Source: Octopus sinensis
Lineage: Eukaryota
Direction: 5' to 3'
Length of the DNA stretch: 64,000 nt
NCBI RefSeq assembly: GCF_006345805.1
Contig: NC_043003.1
Span: forward strand, 8,618,001 to 8,682,000
In this document: positions 55,882-64,000 of the stretch, one piece after another
How positions within the stretch are numbered: the first letter of the stretch is position 1
How the letters are laid out: each line of letters opens with the position of its first letter
Program-made: the position numbers and the translations under genes
Notes under the pieces: generated by a model
What the model was told of the DNA's origin: nothing
The model's database searches: none
Seen by the model: only the letters and a program-made list of their open reading frames with translations

Positions 55882-56701
55882 ACTCACAGGCATTGGTTGG
55901 CCCGGGCTATAGCAGAAGACACTTGCCCAAGATGCCACGCAGTGGGACTGAACCCGGAACTATGTGGTTGTTTAGCAAGCTACTTACCACACAGCCACTC
56001 TTGTGCCTATATGTATATATATTACGCATATGTATATATATATATTGTATATTATATATATCATATATATCATATTTATACTTATTTATACATATATATA
56101 TATATATATTTATATGTGTATATACATATACATATTTATATGTTTATGTACGTATATGTTGATAGGCTTATCTCTCTCTCTCTCCTCTCTCTTCATCTAT
56201 CTATATATGTATGCATATGTAAGGGAGAGAGAGAGTGGGATGAAGAGAGAGAGATAGAGATAGAAAGAGTAACATATACATGTATAGATGCGCGCACACC
56301 CATGGTGTATTTGATATATGACAACATAAATATTTGATGTAAATAATATGTCGAATCATACAAGTCAATATTTACAAAAATACAAATAATGATAGATAAT
56401 AATACAAAAAATATAGAAGCATTCCTGATGCATAAGGGGCAAACCGAACGGAAATTCGTGATGAACAACAGCAAGAATTTGACATACATACATACATACA
56501 CACATGCAAAGATCCATATACATATACACACATATACACATACATAAACATACACACATTCATACAAACGTATATATACTTACAAACACACATTCCACAT
56601 AAATATATCTCTGCATGTATGTGTGTGTGAGTGTGTATGTATATATATATATATATATGTATTTTATTTATATATATATATATATATACATACATACATA
56701 T

Positions 56702-56743
<42 letters not shown>

Positions 56744-56848
56744 TGGGAGAGAGAGGGAAAGAGAGGAAGAGCAAGAGGAAATAGACAGACAGGTAGACAA
56801 GATAATAAGAAGGGAAAAATATAGAGATAGACTGACAGACAGATAGAC

Positions 56849-56919
<71 letters not shown>

Positions 56920-56924
56920 TTGAT

Positions 56925-56994
<70 letters not shown>

Positions 56995-56996
<2 letters not shown>

Positions 56997-57205
56997 GTTT
57001 CTTTATTGGCCACACAGGGCTGCACACAGATGGGACAAGTTACAATGTAGAGCTTTTCTTTTGGGGGATGAAAAAGCAAAAAAAAAGGGGGTGGCGTAGG
57101 TTTTCGATCAAGGGGGATCGTAAAAGGGAAGAAAAGAACAAAAAAATAAATAAATAAATAAATAAATAAATAAAAAAATAAAAAGAAAAGAAAAAAAAAG
57201 ATGGC
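56995..57205 (-). mobile_element. 5'-truncated Tx1 3' UTR flanked on both sides by (GATA)n
   Basis: Reverse complement of the 21.7-22.1 kb units; (GATA)n at about 56925-56995 and 57215-57318. Confidence 0.8.
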
Positions 57206-57215
57206 TGAATGGATG

Positions 57216-57319
<104 letters not shown>

Positions 57320-58648
57320 CCGGAATTTTAACTAGAAAAGGATGGGCTAAAAGTTTGCAACTCGATGCCTCTCGATGTCATCCCAAACCTAAAAATACTT
57401 AAAATCTTCGCAGTTGACAGGTCATCTTGAGGATGGTGTCGGTTATTTCAATAATGAGAAAATAGTCAACTCATACTTCCGGTATTGACATTTTTTCCGG
57501 AATCCAGCACATAGTTTTGCGATTTTTTTAATACCGAGTGCAAGCTATATATATATAAACTTAAAACTTCTCAATGTAAATAGAATCAACTCACCTGTCA
57601 AGAAAGTGTAATTGCTTACTCTTAGATTTATTTACCGACTAATTTATTTACAAAACAACTTTCCTGGTACTGACATGGACTAAAGACTTCTTATATTATG
57701 AAATTATGATATTTTCATAAATTTCTTAGTAATGATTAGCAACAGCGAAACCGGTTGACTATGTAAATATGTGGTCCCATAATATATATATATATGTACA
57801 TTCTGTGAATTTTCCATTTGCTTATATTTATCACTACAATTCAGCATGTGGAGGAAAATCTTTTCAGCGAAGCTTCCCTCGATACAAATACATGCACACA
57901 CACAAACACACATGTATATATGTATATATGTATATAATATACAAATCTACGCAGTACATATTTTTTCGGTTTCTGAACCGCCACTTAACGGGTAATTCAG
58001 GAAAACAACACCGACTGTGAAGCAATAGAGGTTGAAGCACACACAAACAATAGCTAAAAAATACACATACACAAATACAAAGACACACACAAACATACGT
58101 CATAGACATCCGCAAAGTTTTCGTCTGTTAAATTCACTCATAAAATATAGGTTGAACCGGAGATAAAGTATAAGACGTTTGCCCTCGGTGGCCCGCAGTG
58201 GAACTGAACAAGAACCGCGTGGTTTCATAGCGAGTTTCTTAACACACAGCCATGTCTGCGCCGCCTCTACATTACATACATTAGAAAAACATATATTACC
58301 GTGTAATAAAAACATTTTCTCCATTGCATATACTGACGCAGATCAGTGAAGTCGTAAAACTTAAGCCTGCGTTCAGTTTTTCTATTTCCGTTTTAATTTA
58401 TATAGAATTTCATACGCTTTTGTTTATCGTCAGGAATAGTGAAAAATTAGAAAGTTACGACTTCCAGCCAGACGTTAAAAAATATCACGTGAGTCCATAT
58501 ACACGGAAATTGCGGTGTTATTGCAGTATTCTCAACATTAATAGTAGGTATCAGTCAGTCTGTTTGCTAAGCTACCTACCTACCTACTACCTACCTACCT
58601 ATATACCTACCTGCCTACCTATATACCTACCTACAGACCTATCTAACT

Positions 58649-58694
<46 letters not shown>

Positions 58695-58697
58695 CAA

Positions 58698-58741
<44 letters not shown>

Positions 58742-58899
58742 ATATATATATATATATCTACACAACGCACATAATAATATAAGTATATATAATATTTATA
58801 ATATATATATATCTATATATGTATGTGTATGTTTGTATGTATGTATGTATGTATGTATGTATTTGTGTATCTGTGTTTGTCCCCCTAACTCGCTTGACA

Positions 58900-59190
58900 C
58901 ACCCGATGCTGGTGTGTTTGCGTTCCCGTAACTTAGTGGTTCGGCTAAGAGACCGATATAATAAGTACTATGCTTCCAAAGACTAAGTCCTGAGGTCGAT
59001 TTACTCGACTAAAGGCGGTGCTCCAGTATCGCCACAGTCAAATGACTGAAACAAGTAAAGAGTAATGTATATATATATATATCGAGTAAATCGACCCCAG
59101 ACTTAGTCTTTGGAAGCATAGTACTTATTATATCGGTCTCTTAGCCGAACCACTAAGTTACGGGAATGCAACACACCAGCATCGGTTGTC
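58900..59190. repeat. Inverted duplication of one SINE B body around a (TA)n loop
   Basis: Both arms share private variants (ggctaagagacc, tatgcttccaaagactaag, ttcccg). Confidence 0.85.
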
Positions 59191-59299
59191 AAGCGATGTT
59201 AGGGGGACAAACACAGATACACAAACACATACATACATACATACATACATACATACATACATACATACTACATACATACATACATCCATACATACATAT

Positions 59300-59380
<81 letters not shown>

Positions 59381-59533
59381 TATATACGACGGGCTTCTTT
59401 CAGTTTCAGTCTACCAAATCCACTCACAAGTCTTTGGTCGGCCCGCGGCTATAGTAGACACACTTGCCCAAGTTCCACGCAGTGGGACTGAACCTGGAAC
59501 CATGTAGTTCGTAAGCGAGCAACTTACCACACA

Positions 59534-59622
<89 letters not shown>

Positions 59623-59880
59623 TATGTATATATCTATATTATATATATATAATATATATATATATATATAGATATATATATAGATATATTACATATATAT
59701 ACGCACACATATATTACTATATATCTGCAGGGATTTTACCACGGATGTAATATTATTTCTTCAAAAGTTTTAGCCCAAGGTTGGACCTAAGCACATCTAT
59801 GCTAGTCACTTTTTAAACAACATCTTTTACAAATATTTTTTAAATACCTTTCGATTAATTACACGGAAATTCACCCTTTT

Positions 59881-59967
59881 TCTCTGACGAGTGGATGCAT
59901 TGCCTGATAATGATTATCAGTTTAAGTTCATTTCGAAGGGTAATACGTTCATGAAACGATCGTAAAA
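59881..59967 (+). ncRNA. Hammerhead-like motif with long stem II
   Basis: CTGACGA-GTGGATGCATTGCC...GGTAATACGTTCAT-GAAAC-GATC-GTA; palindromic stem III ACGATCGT; stem I decayed. Confidence 0.5.
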
Positions 59968-60196
59968 TATTTTTAACTTTTTAAGTAATTGTACTTTATA
60001 TATTTATTTATCTATCTATTAATACAATATTATTTTGGACATATGTCTACTGTGATGATTTTTTGATGTAATATTTCCTGCTCTCACTTTATAATATATA
60101 TATATTTATAAATAAATGAAAAATGCATTAGATACTGAGAAAACGTAAACGTAGGGCAGACACAGAAGGACCCTAATTTTTCATCTGTTATCAACC

Positions 60197-60861
60197 TATT
60201 TCTTTACTACCCACAAGGGGCTAAACACAGAGAGGACAGAAAAGGACAGACAAATCGATTATATCGACCCCCAGTGCGTAACTGGTACTTAATTTATCGA
60301 TCCCGAAAGGTTGAAACGCAAAGTCGACCTCGGCGGAATTTGAACTTAGAACGTAACGGCAGATGAAATACCTATTTCTTTACTACCCACAAGGGGCTAA
60401 ACACAGAAAGGACAGACAAGGACAGACAAACGGATTAAGTCGATTATATCGCCCCCCCCCCCCAGTGCGTAACTGGTACTTATTTAATCGACCCCGAAAG
60501 TATGAAAGGAAAAGTCGACCTCGGCGGAATTTGAACTCAGAACGTAATATGCTACTAAGCACTTCGTCCAGCGAGCTAACGATTCTGCCAGCTTGCCGCC
60601 AATTCACACAGATAGTGCACGTAACGGCAGACGAAATACCTATTTCTTTATTACCCACAAGGGGCTAAACACAGAGGGGACAAACAAGGACAGACATAGG
60701 TATTAAGTCGATTAGATCGACCACAGTGCGTAACTGGTACTTAATTTATCGACCCCGAAAGGACGAAAGGCAAAGTCGACCTCGGCGGAATTTGAACTCA
60801 CAACGTAACGGCAGACGAAATACCGCTAGGCATTTCGCCCGGTGTGATAACGGTTCTGCCA
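60197..60861 (-). mobile_element. SINE family A composite array flanked by a 12-bp TSD
   Basis: ctgttatcaacc at 60185-60196 and 60862-60873; three body units plus internal and terminal heads. Confidence 0.85.
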
Positions 60862-61538
60862 CTGTTATCAACCGAAATGTTAGTATTCAGTTTCCTGCCG
60901 CCAATATATGAAGTTCTTAGTCTTATCATTAAAGGCATAAAACTGAGCATTGACATTTCGGTCGATAACTGATGAAGAATTATTACGGTCCTACTGTGTG
61001 TGTCCTACGTGTACGTTTTTTAGTATTTAATGCAATTTTTTGGTTTATTGAACACCACGCATCCCGACTTTTGTTAACAGTAAGTTTAGGAGTGGCTGTG
61101 TGGTAAGTAGCTTGCTTCCCAACCATATTGGCCCGGGTTCAGTCCCACTGCTCGGCATAATTGTAAAACTGAAGTAAGAGGTTCATTACCTCGTTTTGTC
61201 TTTTTCTGTGAAATAAAGAATGGAACAATGTTTTAGAGAAGCAAAAAATCGGCGGGCGTTTTTTGTCTTCTCTCATCAATATCATCTTTCTTCATCATTC
61301 ATCTCAATAATGTTTCTGTCCAGCCCGCAAGCTACTCTTTGTAATGCCGTCAAGGCAAATTTGATGAAGTAAAGTAGCTTGCCTATCAACGTCATGGTTC
61401 GGGATTCAGTCCCACTGCATGGCACCTTGGGCAAGTGTCTTCTACTATAGCCTCGGGCCGACCAAAGCCTTGTGAGTGGATCTGGAAGACGGAAACTGAA
61501 AGAAACCCGTCGTATACATACATACATACATACATACA

Positions 61539-61570
<32 letters not shown>

Positions 61571-61575
61571 CATAC

Positions 61576-61617
<42 letters not shown>

Positions 61618-62494
61618 ATATATATATATATATATCACCGTGATCACCGTGACCGACCAGGCTATCAGATTTGCTACACATCGCTGGTCACAATGCACTT
61701 CGCATTGTTTTAGCTTTCAAATGACGTCCACCCCCGCTGGCTAAGTGAGCAGGCCAATATATATATATATATAATATATATATCTATATATATATATATA
61801 TGATATTTGTATATGTTTGTGTGTCTGTGTTTGTCCCCTCCCTCGCTTGATAACCGATGTTGGTTTGTTTACGTCACCGTAACTTTGCGGTTCGGCAAAA
61901 AGAGACCGATAGAATAAGTACTAGGCTTACAAAGAATAAGTCCTGGGGTGGGGTCGATTTGTTCGACTAAAGGTACTCCAGCATGGCCCACAGTCAAATG
62001 ACTGAAACCAATGAAAGCAAAAAAAGAATATATATATATATATATATACTCTTTTACTCTTTTACTTGTTCAGTCATTTGACTGCGGCCATGCGGAGCAC
62101 CGCCCTTAATCGAGCACTCGACCCCGGACTATTCTTTTGTAAGCCCAGTACTTATGCTATCGGTCACTTTTGCCGAACCGCTAAGTAACGGGGACATAAA
62201 CACACGAGCATCACGTTTTAAGCAATGCTAGGGGGACCAGCACAGACACACAAACACAACAACGCATACATATATATACATATATACGACGGACTTCTTT
62301 CAGTTTCCGTCTACCAAATCCACTCACAAGGCTTTGGTCGGCCCGAGGCTGTAGTAGAAGACACTTGCCCAAGGTACCACGCAGTGGGACTGAACCCGGA
62401 ACCATGTGGTTGGTAAACAAGCTACTTACCACACAGCCATTCCTGCGGTTGCTTATATATTATATATATATATATATATAATATATATATATAT

Positions 62495-62556
<62 letters not shown>

Positions 62557-62574
62557 TATAATATATATATATAT

Positions 62575-62642
<68 letters not shown>

Positions 62643-63338
62643 ATATATAGAGAGAAGAGCGAGAGAGAGAGAGAGAGAATTCAGGAGCATGGACTAATGA
62701 AAAGTGAGCAGTTACGAGTCATTCCTTGTCTTGGAACAATCCATACAGAAATAGTACTCTTGTAGTTATGAAGAACATTAACTACCAATACACTGAATGA
62801 AACGTAATCCATTGATTGTATAAAATGAATGTATGCTACTGTGGTTTCATTCACTCATAAGTGTACTATCAGTAAACAGCTCATGTCTTGAAAGTTGCTA
62901 TGGGAAAACATCCAATGGGAGAGTTTAAAATTTTGCTCTATGCACTTTATTTAGACGCCTATAAAAAGAGGTAAAAGTTTAGATTATAATCAAACTGGTT
63001 CATTTTCTTGAAATCAAATCCTCTATTGTACTTACATTCAAAAGAATATAAACTCTTCAGAGATACTGATAACGAAGTTTTAGTAGCCTAGGCTCTCAGG
63101 ATTTTTACATTTCATCACGCCCTCATTCACAAAGCATCGTTTTTTTTTTAAAAGAAAGGCTCTTGTATTTTGTTTTTCAAAGAGAGATTTATTTTCTTAT
63201 TAAAGTTCTTGAATTTAACCTTGACTCAGTAACCTGCGACACGATTTCATCTGGCTAAGTCCTGTATAGTCTGGCTAGACTAAAACGTCTCGATTTCATA
63301 GCAATGAATAATCGAGTTGAATATAACTATGATCATGT

Positions 63339-63376
<38 letters not shown>

Positions 63377-63499
63377 TGTATATTCATCTTTTTGCGTTAG
63401 TCATTTGAGCGCCGCCAAGCTGAGGCTTTAAACGATTTTATTCGAATCAATCAAACCGGGCAAGTTACGTGGACTGCAAACACACACACAGACACACAG

Positions 63500-63741
63500 A
63501 CACACCACCACCACCACCACCACCACTACCACCACCATCACCACCACCACCACCACTACCACACCATACCACGCACGTATCTACGACGGACTTCTTAAAG
63601 TTTCCGTCTACTACATCAACTCACAAGGCTTTGGGCGCCCTGAAGGCACTTGCCTCAAGGTGTCACACAGCTGTTTAGGATGATGATGATGGTCGTGGTG
63701 GTGGTGGTGGTGGTGGTGGTGGTGGTGGTGGTGGTGTGGTG

Positions 63742-63776
<35 letters not shown>

Positions 63777-63970
63777 GGTAGTCGTGGTGATGGTGATGGT
63801 GATGATGATGATGATGATGATGACGACGACGACGATGATGATGATGGTCGTGGTTGTGATGATGGTGATGGTGGTGATGAGGATGATGATGACGACGACG
63901 ACGATGATGATGATGATGATGACGACGACGATTACGATGACGGTGATGATGATGATGATGATGATGATGG
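63500..63970. repeat. Trinucleotide mosaic (CCA; then GGT, CGT, GAT, GAC)
   Basis: Direct inspection. Confidence 0.9.
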
Positions 63971-64000
63971 TAGAGTCTCGTAGTCCGAGAAAGACGATTC

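Noticed and set aside
59849-59904. Minus-strand candidate exon NASTRQRKRVNFRVINRK
   Set aside because: It lies antisense within the hammerhead-like element at 59881-59967, so it is probably a chance open frame.

Overview
This is AT-rich, repeat-saturated eukaryotic DNA. The SINE families and (TA)n/(TACA)n/(TATC)n microsatellites match what I recall of octopus genomes; that assignment is recognition, not a database result. I found no recognisable host protein-coding gene, and nearly all ORF-track entries are microsatellite or SINE read-through. Identifiable content: (1) four tRNA-derived SINE families, one forming head-to-tail arrays with a fixed junction and in two cases a single flanking TSD; (2) a young Tx1/L1-clade LINE after a 100-N gap, whose 3' ends in this window all sit in (TATC)n; (3) decayed RTE, R4/Dong, Penelope-like, hAT and Helitron coding relics, plus two clean non-autonomous Helitrons; (4) a 5S rRNA pseudogene; (5) about a dozen type I hammerhead-ribozyme-like motifs with co-varying self-complementary stem III, linked to Penelope-like repeats; (6) seven long fold-back inverted repeats, one a 405-bp palindrome carrying two oppositely oriented hammerheads. 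Coordinates were read by eye and element edges are approximate unless a TSD or terminal motif is cited.
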